From contig NW_026889764.1 of assembly GCF_033153115.1 (NCBI RefSeq), positions 14,074,001 to 14,138,000 on the forward strand: DNA of 64,000 nucleotides, written 5' to 3'. A program made the translations under genes and the position numbers. The stretch is from Saccostrea echinata (lineage: Eukaryota). The notes below the pieces were generated by a model, which made no database searches, was not told where the DNA came from, and saw nothing but the letters and a program-made list of their open reading frames with translations. Positions 14,501 through 27,112 of the stretch are shown piece after piece; the stretch's first letter is position 1; each line of letters opens with the position of its first letter.

Positions 14501-14776
14501 CTGCGTGTACAGGACCTATTTGCTCCTAGAGATGTAACTATTAACATTCCAACATTTTTTAAAAAGAAAAATCGAATGTCAGGAAAAACTGTGCTGCACG
14601 ATCGTAAAATATCTAGCAAGAGAGTCCACATTGAGCGCATTATTGGATTGGCCAAAACTTTTAAAATCTTGAAGGGCCCTTTGAATAGCACTGAGACAAA
14701 GTTGGCTAGTGAAATTATCTTTGTTTGCTTCACTTTGTGCAATTTTCGAAAATGTATTATTCCCAAACATGCTTGA
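11561..14776 (+). pseudogene. THAP + HTH + DDE_Tnp_4-type transposase, disrupted
   Basis: Exon 1 (11561-11765: CCVSGC..FPKD..W..VCHLHF) splices GT-AG to exon 2 at 12573, restoring the THAP AVPSIF motif. Catalytic motifs IDGTE, SDKGFN|VQD and RVHIERIIG are present. Lesions: frameshift ~13200, in-frame TAA ~13396, 1034-bp insertion. Confidence 0.9.
13472..14505. mobile_element. Non-autonomous CMC/EnSpm-like MITE inserted in the transposase
   Basis: 17-bp TIRs cgcagcactgttaaggc / gccttaacagagctgcg (1 mismatch) and a 2-bp TSD (TG). Excision restores aat-gta-cag (DKGFNVQDL). Confidence 0.85.
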
Positions 14777-15214
14777 CTTGCACAAAAGATAATTTCCATA
14801 GCTAACTTAGGCTTGTGAGAAAGTGTACTAGTATTGCTAAATTGAAGTACATGTAACAGGTATGTAGCAGTACTGAGTTAAAGAATAATAGCACAGAACT
14901 TCTGTTTAATATGTTGTGCACTGCTAGAAAACATATGTCGAAAATTGAATATTTTAATGACCTACAAGTACACATTTTGTTATACACATGTACAATGTAT
15001 ATAGTTGCTGTTTGGCTTGCAAACTTTTAAGGATAGTTTCCATACATTCCAAATGAATACAAAATTGAATACTTGAATTTAAAGTTATTTTAATTCTTGA
15101 AGAAGAATTGAAAGAGTGTTGTAAAGGAATGCAGTAATGATTACAAACAAAAACTTTATCCATATAACAAGATTAAAATGTCACATTCTGGCAGTACTTT
15201 TATTATTAAGACAC

Positions 15215-17384
15215 TCAAATTTGATAATAAATTTTTTTCAACACTGCATTTTTAAAATGTTTATCAAAAAACAACTCTAATTTTTCAAGCATGTTACTAA
15301 TGAATTTCTGGTCTCTTGGCACAGGAATAATTTTGAGATCTTTGAATGTGTACACCACAAGAATGCAATTGGTTCTATCTGTGCAGAAAAGCTGCCCCTG
15401 AATTTGATAAAAGTAATCATGTGATGAGTCAAGTTCTAATGAACCATTTACAGTCTTCAAAAATGAAACAGTTTCATCAGATATTTGTTCATTTTTTGCA
15501 GTGAATGGACATTTTACTTCAACAATTGACTTTTCATCAATTAATGCATCTGGTGATGCAGCAAGAAATGGGTGGAACTTTGACACAAATGTGCCACATT
15601 TTTGGGTTTTTACGTCACTTCTTTCTTCAAAGCTTTTTATGGCTACTGACTCGTAGCATTTGCCGTGAAGTATGGATGGGGCATGGATTTGTGCGACATA
15701 TTTAGTCAAACGAATAGCAAGCTTATTCAAATCAGTTTTTTCTGTACATTTGCAGATTCTACCAAAATTTGAGGAGTGAATTCTCTTGCACCGTTCAGAC
15801 TGCCATAGAGGATTGGTGCTTTGGCCACGGGTTTCTTTTTCAAATTTCATTATTTCCTCACAAGATATTTCTGTAATGTTAGAATTTTTAAGCCACATTT
15901 CTGAAAGTTTTTCTTGAAAATAATCATGATCAGAATCAATGCCAACTGTGTTTGCAATAGGGAACAATTGAGAAACAGGTAATTTGTTAACAGATGGATT
16001 ATTTAACCAAACATTTCTAAAAGTGTCCTGATATCCAGGCATGTTCCTAAACTCACGTGGCCTTGGGTCATAAATGACATCGGCATCATTTGCTAAAGGG
16101 AGGTCTTTAGCTTTAATTGGACTTCCCTTGTAAGGTTTAACATGATGGAATGTTTGCAAATTTTGAGTGCAAGTTTCTTCTGTGATCAAATCACCACTTT
16201 CACCAAGCTTCTGTAGAGCAAACAAAAGCACACACACATGTTTACATGCTGCTACTGGACCCATTCCTACAGCACACTCACACTGACATTCAACTACACA
16301 CCCATCAACATCAAAACTTGCATCAATCTTGTACGACACTGCTTTCTTCATCTGTGCCTTGCACTCTGCTTTCACAAAGAATAGTCCATCCTCGCACGCC
16401 AATCTTGCATACTTTAAAAATTTGCTTTCATAAATGTATTTTACATTTGCATCAATATCTTTGTTCATCTTTCCCAAGTATGCACATACAGCCTCCTCTC
16501 TTATTCTTGTGATCACAGTATCTTTATTTATGTCTCTATACTTCTCATAGCTGGGTACTTCCATGCTGTACTCTCTTTCAACTCTTTCACCACCACCAAA
16601 ATTATAGTTTCTATCATATGCTTCAAGTCTGAAACATTAATAATCATTATTTAATATGTAGAATATGCTATGTTTATTCACCAATCAAGGGTCCTCAAGG
16701 GGCATGTACAATTAAAAACAGTATAATCATGATTCTATCAAGTGATAGCTGCAATAGGTGCAAGATTGACCTTATCCTCGCTTGCAAAAGTTCTCAACTA
16801 ACAATTATCAGATTAAGCTACTGGTATGGTTCACACAATGAAATATAAGCATCACATGCAATGAAAATGAAAACCAAACTGCTATACACTTCAATGAACA
16901 GACTAGGTTAAGAAGCAGTAAGTAGTCATAAAATTACTATCATAATGAAAGTATATTTAGGATATATTTAAATGGGTTCCTAAAGTATAATTTCGATTTT
17001 CTGTATATTTTGAAAGATTGACATCTAACAGTGGAAAAGATTCGACAGTTTTAATAGCATACCGAGTTTTCTCATGTTTTGATTTTACATGCGTGTATTT
17101 CTCGCTAATTGTTAACACTATCGATTTCTATGACTCTAACAAGGGCAAATATAGGAATAAACAATTAAGTATAATTTTCAGTGAATTATTTCTTTATTGT
17201 TTTACGTTGTGGTCTTTATTTTGTCATGTCGCAAATTCGACATTTTAGTTGAGAAAATTCGAACGAAAATGAAAAAGCGCTCAGACCTTTCCACGAGTTC
17301 TCTTTTTCGCCCTGACACTCGCGCATTGCGTTTTCTCAGTTCGCCTCTCAAGGCATTTAGGTCCCACGAACCGTAATCCGTCAT
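15215..17384 (-). CDS. SAP + SWIM zinc finger + YqaJ (lambda-exonuclease-like) nuclease, 2 exons, ~503 aa
   Basis: Exon 1 (17384-17287: LRGELRKRNARVSGRKRELVER, SAP-like) joins exon 2 (16628-15215) in frame via GT-AG. Motifs: CQCEC..ACKH (SWIM), W..ER..RIHSSNFG, LAASPDA, VEVKCP, YFYQIQGQL. No stops. Confidence 0.9.
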
Positions 17385-17689
17385 CAGTAACGAGATTTTA
17401 TACTTCAATTAGCAAGTTCGATCCGCATCAACGCTCTCTAACTTTGGAGGATCGAAAAGTGTTGAACGTCAACGAGGCTTGCGCCACCTACAATCAGGGG
17501 CTCGTAATTTGTAATTTTATTTGCAATTTAATTATCAAACAACAAAAATTGAAATGTTTCATGGCTACGTTAAAACAAAATTTTATATATACATTGAACC
17601 TGAATTAATTCTGTATGTGCAATATGATTATGAAATAAAGTAATATCATTATAAATACAACTTCCATCTATCATCTGACTGATTTTTCA

Positions 17690-17918
17690 AATTAATTGTA
17701 AGGCCATTGTTTATACACTGGATTGTCTAGGGGTTTTTCCGTTTGCAGGATCATGACAAGGATGACACGGCGGGTGTGACCGGTCGACAGGGGATGCATA
17801 CTCCTCCATGGCACCTGATTCCACCTCATGTTTTTATAGGTCCGTGTTTGCTCTGCTCCCGATTTGTATTTTAATGGACATCTGAGCATGAGCACTGTTC
17901 GTTATCTCCATATTTCAT
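17690..17918 (+). mobile_element. Penelope-like (Naiad-type) 3' module
   Basis: acacggcgggtgtgaccggtcgacaggggatgc..ctcctccatggcacctga..ccgtgtttgctctgctcc, nearly identical to 41056-41170. Confidence 0.85.
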
Positions 17919-18149
17919 AAGCAAGGCAATAAATCAAATTCATTTATTGGGATGTAAACAAGCTTCAGATTAATGTTTACATTGATCACTTCTTCTTAGT
18001 TTTACATTTCAAAAAAAAATCTGTTTTATTCATTTTCAAAGCACCTTTTCACATTCTTCGTTCAATTTACATGTTATTAAGTAAGACATGATCAGCGTAT
18101 GTGTATCAACTGTATTGTGTATATAAAAAGTTAAAAAAATATATGATTT

Positions 18150-18384
18150 TCTAGAAAGAAGACAACACTTGCTGGGCCTTCAACTCAACATTCAGCGCTT
18201 TTTCTGTTAATAATAGTTACTTCCAGTCATATGTATACTAGATATATCCCATACTCGAAATAAAAGGCACTTCATAGTCTGCAACATTTTTTTTTTTATA
18301 TTGGATGTTTTACTGACTATAGGTGATAAAAGCCAACCAACAACTAAACTGAATGACAAACGGGATGTCTTCAGCTTTTCCATT
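18150..18384 (+). mobile_element. Penelope-like RT fragment running into an assembly gap
   Basis: DVLLTI..TTKLNDKRDVFSFSI matches DILLE..TTKLYDKRDDFNFSI in the 57610 RT. Confidence 0.7.
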
Positions 18385-18861
18385 NNNNNNNNNNNNNNNN
18401 NNNNNNNNNNNNNNNNNNNNNNNNNNNNNNNNNNNNNNNNNNNNNNNNNNNNNNNNNNNNNNNNNNNNNNNNNNNNNNNNNNNNNNNNNNNNNNNNNNNN
18501 NNNNNNNNNNNNNNNNNNNNNNNNNNNNNNNNNNNNNNNNNNNTTTAGGGGATTCTTTTTAATTATTTTTTTATATTCTAGTCAATGGAAGTGAGTGTTT
18601 GATTTACCCTACCTCTCCTGGATTCCAAAATTAAAAAAAAATCCTCACAAAGAAATATATATTGCAGGGTCCAGTAAATGTTTAACCAAGCCCCCATCCT
18701 TACTTCTCAACAAAATATTAACTGCTGTGAATGTGAGATTTCGGACGAACATTTATTATACAACAACATATTCAAGAAGTGGTGGTCTACATAAAATGTG
18801 GATTTTAAAAGAGTCCAAATCCCAAACTTTTTCAAACATTAATAGCATCAAAATGTATGAC

Positions 18862-21321
18862 TAGCATCCACAAGTCAATTTTTATATCTGATATTTACCA
18901 CATGTATTATATACTGTCTTAAAGCATATGGAAAGTAAAAAAAGAAAATACAACTTTTTGGTTTTCTAGTCATACGTTGTTACTAAAAATAGACTGCAAA
19001 AAAGTGATGCTGGTGCTGTTTTTGTGACCACTTTTTTTCAAGGTAATTGGTTTCGAATGAACTGCAAATACTTTTCAAGTTTTGATCTTAAATCAAAATA
19101 ATACAAGTTTGTATGTAGCAGACTTTAATATGCCACATTTAATTGTTTCAATAGGTAATTTAACTTCCTCTACCACAATGCATCACAAGTAAAAAGACGT
19201 ATCATTGCGCCAACGTTGACGCTTACAAAAATAACGTCAAACTTCAAACTCTGTTTGAAAATGATCGGGATTCAGTTAAAAGTAAATTATCAAAATATGC
19301 ACTCTAAGCTTGATTTGTGTGTTGGGGTGTGTGTGATTGAAGTCTTAAAATATTACCCAATTTTCTCTGTATTGCTTGCTTACAGTGTTAGAAATTACAC
19401 GTTTTAAATGTATAGTACCTACCAGTACTCTCCGGCACTTGACATTTTTATAAACTATAAAAAATACAAAAGCTGAAATTTCTTCTAATTGTTTTTTTTT
19501 TTTTTTTTTAGATTATTTAAAACAAAAAAACAAACATATAAGCACAAGCAATCAATGTAAAAATATGTAGTAATTTGATTTTTTTCATGATCAATTTAAA
19601 CAGATTTTAGAACTTTTAATAGATTTGACATGAGTTCCTTCTGTGTCAATATTTGTCTTTTTCCATCATGACCCTTTCTAGAAAATGAGTACAGTTTCTG
19701 TTCGAGAACATTCTGCTTTAAAACATTTTTACGGTACCGGAGCTGGGCTTTCAAGGCGTTGACTTTGTCTGATTTAACTCCTTTATTCTCAGTTTACACT
19801 CACGGGCTGATTTCCATAAACCATAAAAAATAATGTCATCACTCTGTTTTTCAAGCTGCACTAGTTTTCTTCTCTTTTTTTTTTTTGGCTCTTTTTCGGA
19901 ACTCTTCTTGTTTCTCCTCTCTCTGTCGTTGAATTTCTCCTTTTCTTCTTGAGAATAAATTTCTGTCAGTGGCAACTGATTTTCTAGCTTCCGATATAAG
20001 GTCTTCCATATCCTCTCTGTTTCTAATTATCCATGTGGAAGTCTTGTTCATTAAAAAAGTGTGTAGGCCTCAAGGGCTAGAGCTGATATATTAGGTTTAG
20101 CTCTTAGAATTTGGTCCATGTATGCAAATAGTCGCTCACAATAAGAGTTATGTTTATCATCACTTTTGGTAGCCAGTGAGAACTCCTCAGTGAAAATGTC
20201 AAATTTACCATCTGGCAAGTGGTCTTTGTAGACATGCAACACTACTTTCCGGATTGATGGTAGCAAGACACGTAGAAGGATCTCCACATCAGTATCATAC
20301 TTAGACTCTTTGGTTAGGAATTCAAAAATTCTGTCGCCATTAACGTCTACTCCTGTTAAAGCTGGAAAGGTTTCCGTTATAAAATCAGCTACATTTTCAG
20401 TCGCATCAGCCAAGTAAGTAGATAAATGGAGATAATTTTTTGTCATGCCTTCAATTGATGTGTCTTTGTTCTCGAGAATATTCCAAAGGGGTGTAGTAAT
20501 CATCTTTGAAATCAATCCCAAGGCTTTTAGTCCAGCAACATAAAAAGAAACATGAAGGTCTGAGAGAACAGACTTCAGAAATCTTTTGTTTTCAATATCT
20601 GATTTCTCCAGAAATTCAGTCATGTGAGGGTGTAGAAAGTAAAGTTATGTAGCATTTTGAAATAAAATGTTGAACCTGTGGCCTTTGAAAGGTTGCAGAG
20701 GAAGTGATATCATTCTGTTTTCAGTAAGAAATGGCTGCATATATGTTCGGAAGGCTCCATAACACCCGCACTTTTCATCACCTCTTCTTGCAAAAGCCTT
20801 GCATGCATTTCTAATTAAGCGAAAACACCCTGATTCATCAATTTTAGAGAAATTCTCATCAAATATTAGTGGATTTCCATCGAAATTCCCCCTCGCTGCT
20901 TCACATAATCCTTTCTGAGCTGCATTCGCCATATGCACTAGACCATGAACACCACAGAAGAAATTGTTTAATCTGCTTACTGTTTCTTTCTCAACATCAT
21001 CCATTGTGTTATAATCCACCCGTATCTGTGGCAGCAACTCTTCTCTGTAACTCTCCAATAGCTCATTAAACTTCAATTCTGTAGCAGCACGGTCACTCAT
21101 CGTATTTTGTATATTACAGAGAATTTGTTTCCAGCATTCTTATAAGTTTCCTTGTTGGTGTCAGAAATATCCTGTAAAATGTCCTTAAATGTATCCAGTG
21201 TATTTTGTGCTGATTTTGTAGCCATTTCACGAAGTCCTAATGCAAAATAATTACCTTCTTCAACCCCAACAGAAAATCCGCCATACTTGATGCCAACCTT
21301 TGATGTCCCGTCAGTGTGCAA

Positions 21322-21369
<48 letters not shown>

Positions 21370-24300
21370 ACAGTTCTTCTTGCAGTTGTTTCTTGGCTAG
21401 ACAAAGTCTTTGAATGTTCATATTGGCAACTGTTGATGGAGATGGAAGACGGTCGGGTTCTTTACCTGCTAACTTCAAACAAGCTTCTATCGTTGGTCCT
21501 AAATCAAAATATGAATGTATATGTAAAATGTACATATACTTTATGTTGATGCATATAGTAATAGAGCAAATCAGAACTGCAAACATTCTTAAAGATACTT
21601 ACCAATTTGTGTTGAAGGGACATTGTGTTCAAGAAGAGAGTACACACACAAATGGAGTTCTGGAGTGAATGCTTTCTCTTTCTTGTCAAATAGACTGATG
21701 ACTTTATTGTCAGCTCTCTCATGCAGCTGCTCCATGAGATACATGTAGGAAATGTCATCATCCTTTTCCCTAAGAGTATGTTGAAGCTCATTGACAGTGA
21801 TTCTGAGGTGATCATTTTCAGCTTGTAGCTCATTTAGAAGTTGTTGGGTGTCTTCTTTTGATGTGTCATCTGATGTCCCCAGTTTTGTACATTTAGTTTA
21901 GTAGTCCTCTCTCCGTTTAGTGCGTTTGACAGCTTGACTTGATGATTTCAGTTTCTCATGTAGCACTCTATTTTGCTGTGTTACATCTTCAGATTTTATG
22001 TTGAGCGTCTGCATGTTAGATATTGTTTCAGTCAACTCAGACTTTAAGGATATTTTCTCTTTCAGCAGATTCTGGTTTTCTATGAACACTGAGTTAGCAA
22101 TGGACATTGCTGAAGACAAGGCATCACCGCTAGAGCTGATCTGATATGTAGCTTCGGGCATTTTGGGAGTCACTGTATTTGATACTTTAGGAGGAGCAAA
22201 TTCTGTTTCCAGAAACTCTGTAAACTTTCTGCTACCTTCAGATTTAGATTTGTTCTTTCTGAGTTTTTCATATTCCGACCACAATCGACCAATAGCCACT
22301 TTTATTGATGTCAGATTACAATTATCAGAACGTGATACAATCCACTGGGCAGTTTGGGATGCCCCATGTGCTTTTTTAAAGCTTATGACATCAGAATTTA
22401 AAATCCTAGGGGTAGTGCAGGACATCTTTTGATCAGCTTGTTGAATAATAATAGCAATAAGACAGATTTTCCACCAAGTTCTAAAAAAATATTACATTTG
22501 TACTTAAGAATGTTTGTTCTCCGTTCTTCCGTAGTAATAGTTTTTACAACATTTATATTTACCAAGACCTTTACAGCATACAAATCAAAACAAAACAACT
22601 AAGAATAGATTTGTTTGATGTACTTCAACAAACCAGTCAAAAATGCCCCTACCCAATAATGTTTTTTCAATGCCCCTGATTTTTTTATTAGTTTAAAAGT
22701 ATATTTTTATAGTTTTTATAATATATAATTTGTTTACTTGTTTTCTTTATTTAACAAAAATTGGCCTTAGATTTTTAAGGTTTGTACCAAAGTGCTCAGA
22801 GCGCTTTCATATTCCTGCAACTTTAAAATGAAATACAGCTCATATTTTTCATTTAGGTGAATTCCGTTATATTTTCAGAATGCATGTAATCCAAAATTAC
22901 ATTCAAAAGTCCAAGACATATAGTTTTTAAAAGAAAAATACCAACATTTTTTTTTATGGATGAATTCAACAAGTAAAATTAAAGTCATCTACTCTACCCC
23001 CCCCCCCCCCCCCCCTAGATGAACGACACTAATTGAGGTTTTGTTATATTTGATTTTTTTTAACNNNNNNNNNNNNNNNNNNNNNNNNNNNNNNNNNNNN
23101 NNNNNNNNNNNNNNNNNNNNNNNNNNNNNNNNNNNNNNNNNNNNNNNNNNNNNNNNNNNNNNNNNNNNNNNNNNNNNNNNNNNNNNNNNNNNNNNNNNNN
23201 NNNNNNNNNNNNNNAAAATCTTTTTTTTTTCACTTGTCTCACCCAGATGATGAATAATCCCTGGTCTCTTAACTGTTTTGTATGTCTTATACGGTTATGG
23301 TTCCAACTAAGTGTGAGCCAATATATAGAATTTTTGTTTTTTGTTTTTGAAGAACCCACAAATATTTATATAAATTGGTTTATACAGCACTTATGTAGTG
23401 TTTGCAGTACATTCTGAACAAAAGTAAATATCATAATTTTTACAAGAAAAGAAAAAGTGAAATAACTTCAATAATTAACTGGTGATTTTTTTTCCTGTTT
23501 GAAAAGTTCCACTTCTATGAGTTCCTTGTATCTTGATTTTTCTTGGCATTATACTTGAACTGTGTCATATTTAATCTTTCATTAATCCGTGTTTTTAAAA
23601 TGTTTCAATCTTATTTATCACTCACAATTTTTTTTTTCAATTAGTGCATGAGCACAGAGTGTAGTTTTCATAATCAAACTACAAATTGATTTTTTTTTTC
23701 ATCTTGCCGTTTGTTGAATTTATAAATGAAATTATTTTTTTTTTTATTGTATTAAAATATTTATTTATCTTTTTTATTTATTTTTCTAAATTCGTACTTC
23801 AAATAAACTAACTCCCGGTAATACACTCTGTTATAGTATTTGCATATACAAAATTATTGAAGAGGCGATAATATCAGTTAAAAGACGAAAATCCCCCATA
23901 GGGTACCCCATATTGAAGCTTTTAAGAGTTGTCCCATTTAATATATCCTTGGATACTGTAAACAAAACACTATAAGCTTCAGCGAGCTAGCGATTTCGGC
24001 AGCCTCATGGACGACGTCATTTTCTACAATAAAATAAAAAAAAATTATGGGGTTATTTTAGAAAGCGCTCCTTAGCGCGGGGGTTTTTTAAGGAATCGTG
24101 CATTTTAATCTGAAGAGGATTAAATCCTGAATCGATCTAATATTGTAACCCATATGCAACCTGTTCTAGAAAAGTGTGAAAAGTTTGTTTGAAAACTACT
24201 TACTTTATGCAGTCTTTTATCATGGTAATATTTGCATCTGTATCGTACTGTTTGGTATCATTTTGTTCTGCAAATTCTCCAGCGTCTGTTTTTATTAAAC

Positions 24301-24611
24301 AGAATTCTCACGCACCTTTGTTGACCTGGAAACAGTCGAATGAAAAAGCGCGACAATTACTACCCACTATATTTCAGGTGTACGTTTTGCATTCGAACGT
24401 GATTTTCATTTGATGTAAAATATAAATATAGGAGAGGTAAATAAAAATAATAGAATGCATTTGACAAAGTTTAATAAATTATTTTATATCTCTATTCTTG
24501 ATATAATCATTGAGAGGGAAAAAGCAGTAAAATTTGGGGTTTGAAAAAACACTTGTTTTGTAAAGAGTTACATAGCGTTACGTAATGACGTGACTTGACT
24601 TGTGGATGCTA
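18862..24611 (-). mobile_element. hAT-like DNA transposon with 7-bp TSD (hATw-type)
   Basis: Perfect 17-bp TIRs tagcatccacaagtcaa / ttgacttgtggatgcta. The TSD gtatgac is at 18855-18861 and 24612-24618. Confidence 0.9.
19580..22425 (-). pseudogene. Fragmented DDE transposase with CxxH motif
   Basis: Co-linear ORF fragments carry HTDGTSK, MSDRAATE, FFCGVH and NSYCERLF. There is a GT-AG intron at ~21500-21602, several frameshifts/stops and a long A-run expansion. Confidence 0.8.
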
Positions 24612-25424
24612 GTATGACTTTCTCTACGCTTTATACAACCGTTCCTGAAGATAAATTAAAAAGCAGGCTTTTTGACATCTTGACAACTGCATTTACAAAA
24701 TTTCTTTATTAAAAATCAGTCTGATTCTATATACAGATATTCCTAAGTTGATATTAAAAAGATGCCAGAGGACCTCATTGACAATATCTATGTAGTTTTG
24801 GAGACCAGGTCTTCCAACAACCTGTTGAAATTCCAGTGGGTATTAATTGTGCACCTTTACTAGCCGTCCTGTTTTTATATTCCTATAAAGCAGACTTTAT
24901 GAGAAAAAAACTTTTACATAAGAAGAAAATTCTAGTGGCTTTCTTTTCGACATTTAGATATATCGACAACGTTTTATTAATTAACAGTTGTTACTTTCTT
25001 TCAAATGTTGACTCGATATATTCAAATGAACTCGAAGTAAAAGACACTACAAAGTCTGTCACATCTATTCCGTACCAGGACGTTTTACTGACTATAGACG
25101 ATAGGGGCTAACTAATAACTAGAGTGTATGACAAACGAGATTACTTCAGCTTTTCCATCACTAACTTTCCTTATTTATAGAGTAATATTCCGCTATCACC
25201 TGCATATGGTGTTCATGTCTGTCAACTGATTCGATACGCAAGACATTGCTATAAGGACGATCACTTTTTTTAAACCAAGGGAAGCTACTGAAAAATAAGC
25301 TGATGTTACAAGGATTTCAACAATCACGTTTAAAGTCGGCTTTTCACAAATTCTACGGTCCTCATAATGACCATGTTTGTAAATACAACCTATCGTTGGA
25401 CAGTAATTGTGTGACATGTTTCAT

Positions 25425-25850
25425 ATGAAATATGTGGAGATAACGAAGAGTATTCGAACTCAAAAGTCCATTAAATATTACAAAATAAGAGCAGAGCAAG
25501 CGCGGATCTCTAAAAATTCAGAGGTGGGATCAGGTGCCATGGAGGAGTGAGTATCCCCTGCCGACCGGTCACACCCGCCGTGTGCTTCCTGTTATGATCG
25601 GGAAAAAACGGAAAAAAAACCGTCGGTGTGTATTCAGTGTGTAATTAATGGCCTAACAAATAGTATGAAAAAAGTCAGTCAGCATATGACTTAATGATAG
25701 ATTGTAATTGCTGACAAGGTCATTGTATCGACCATAGAGCTTACGAAATAATGACTTTAAACGAGACTGTTGATATTCTTGTTTCATCAACTTGTTTGTC
25801 AATAACTTATCTCTTTTTAGAAATTGTTCATACGTAGAGCATGCTATTAT
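25425..25850 (-). mobile_element. Inverted Penelope-like 3' fragment, tail-to-tail with the preceding copy
   Basis: Reverse-orientation 3' module plus RT C-terminus, co-linear with 57390-57805. Confidence 0.85.
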
Positions 25851-26839
25851 GTCATAGCTTGTACACTAAATTTGAATACGGAGTATGTTCATTTTTCAAA
25901 ATCCAAAAGAAATTGTATGCCATAATGGTTTTAAATGTGATATGATAAAATGATTGAATGTTGCTTGCCCTCGTTACACAATACAAGAACATACACGTAA
26001 GTGTAGGTGATAGAATATTAATCCTCCACATTTGTACGCGCTCGAACACCATGCTGTAGTTGCTCAGTTGGTAAAGCACATAGCAAAATATATGTGGGCT
26101 CGACATTAAAACTATTTACTGTATACAGGTTATTTTCGCCCCTTAATTCTGCCCTTTCACATTTGCAAATGATTTCTTTCTGTTAAAAATTATCTGATAC
26201 AGTTACATTAATGAAATGACTCTGTTTTATTTGAATGTGTCCCATTTTAAATTCACCAACTTACAACGAGAGAGAAAGCGTCAAGTACGGGTGAAAAAAA
26301 AAGCCAATGTTTTTAAGAATTGTGCAGAGATGCATGGGTCTTAAGGTTTCGATCTGTGTAAAAGTGCTTTATTGTCCTATTAGGCAAAAGTTTTTGGCAA
26401 GACATGATTTTGATGAAAAAATTACCAAATATTTTTTTTTCATTGTTTACTTTAAAAACAAGGTGTTTTTTGTTCAATTCTACACTAAGAAATGACATTC
26501 TTTCAAAAAACGAGTCTAGTGCAAAAAGATCAAATTTCTGTAATTTAGATAAAAAACACATATAACTTTTAATTAAATCCGATTACATATTTTATTTCTT
26601 ATATCAAAGATAAAGATATCTCTACATTCAATGATATATTTTTCTGATTTAGATATTTCGCAAATTTACCAAAATATTTGAAATTAAACATTTACATTTA
26701 TGAAAATTGACATACAGAAATGTACAGCTGGGGTGTATTCCATAATTATTGTAGTGTACATGAATTTTTTTTTCTTCCAGGAAAAAAAAATTATTTAAAT
26801 TAATGTGTAATTTAAAGTCAAATTATTTTATGCTATTCT

Positions 26840-27112
26840 TCTTGGTAGGGCGTTCGCTTCGTAATCGGGAGGCCCTGGTTTGATTCTCGTTCCCCACGCC
26901 GTGTCAAACCTAAGACGTAAACATATGTAGTGACTGTTCCTTTTCTAAGTGCCCGGCACTAGAAGTGAAAGTTACGATTCTTTCGAAAAGACCTTATTAT
27001 AAAAAACGCTCACTGATCAATAACCCCGAGTGCCTAGTATGGATTTGAAGCCCTTCATCTCTATATGAGTGAAAATTCTCGAATGGGACATTAACACAAC
27101 AATCAATCAATC
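26840..27112 (+). mobile_element. Degenerate tRNA-derived SINE (Meta-like core)
   Basis: tRNA-like head gtagggcgttcgcttcgtaatcgggagg, core gtcaaacctaagacgt...agtgact, and the same 3' tail (atatgagtgaaaattctcga..(caat)n) as the V-type SINEs. Confidence 0.65.

Larger units (their letters stand above)
11471..17488. mobile_element. ISL2EU/IS4EU-type (PIF/Harbinger-related) two-gene DNA transposon
   Basis: Imperfect ~27-bp TIRs (ggtggcgcaatgctcgttaacgttcaa / ttgaacgtcaacgaggcttgcgccacc), TA on both flanks. Encloses convergent THAP-DDE and YqaJ genes, the architecture known for ISL2EU. Confidence 0.88.
18590..25425 (+). mobile_element. Degraded Penelope-like (Naiad-type) RT, split by the hAT-like insertion
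   Basis: LPYLSWIPKL...NSIKMYD (to 18861) continues at 24619 as F-STLYTTVP. Downstream: GINCAPLLAVLFLY, FRYIDNVL, YDKRDYFSF, PAYGV. Confidence 0.85.

Noticed and set aside
15505-16512. Plus-strand ORFs overlapping the YqaJ gene (and similar shadows over the other transposases/integrase)
   Set aside because: They are antisense shadow ORFs without recognisable motifs.
18301-18594. ORFs containing X runs (also ~23041, 43331, 46666, 48664)
   Set aside because: They are artefacts of N gaps.
21311-21586. Poly-Lys / poly-Phe proteins
   Set aside because: They come from a ~46-nt T/A homopolymer inside the broken transposase.
19580-22425. Fanzor/TnpB-like RNA-guided nuclease in the DNA transposons
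   Set aside because: No RuvC/zinc-finger motif order is recognisable; the fragments fit a DDE/CxxH transposase.
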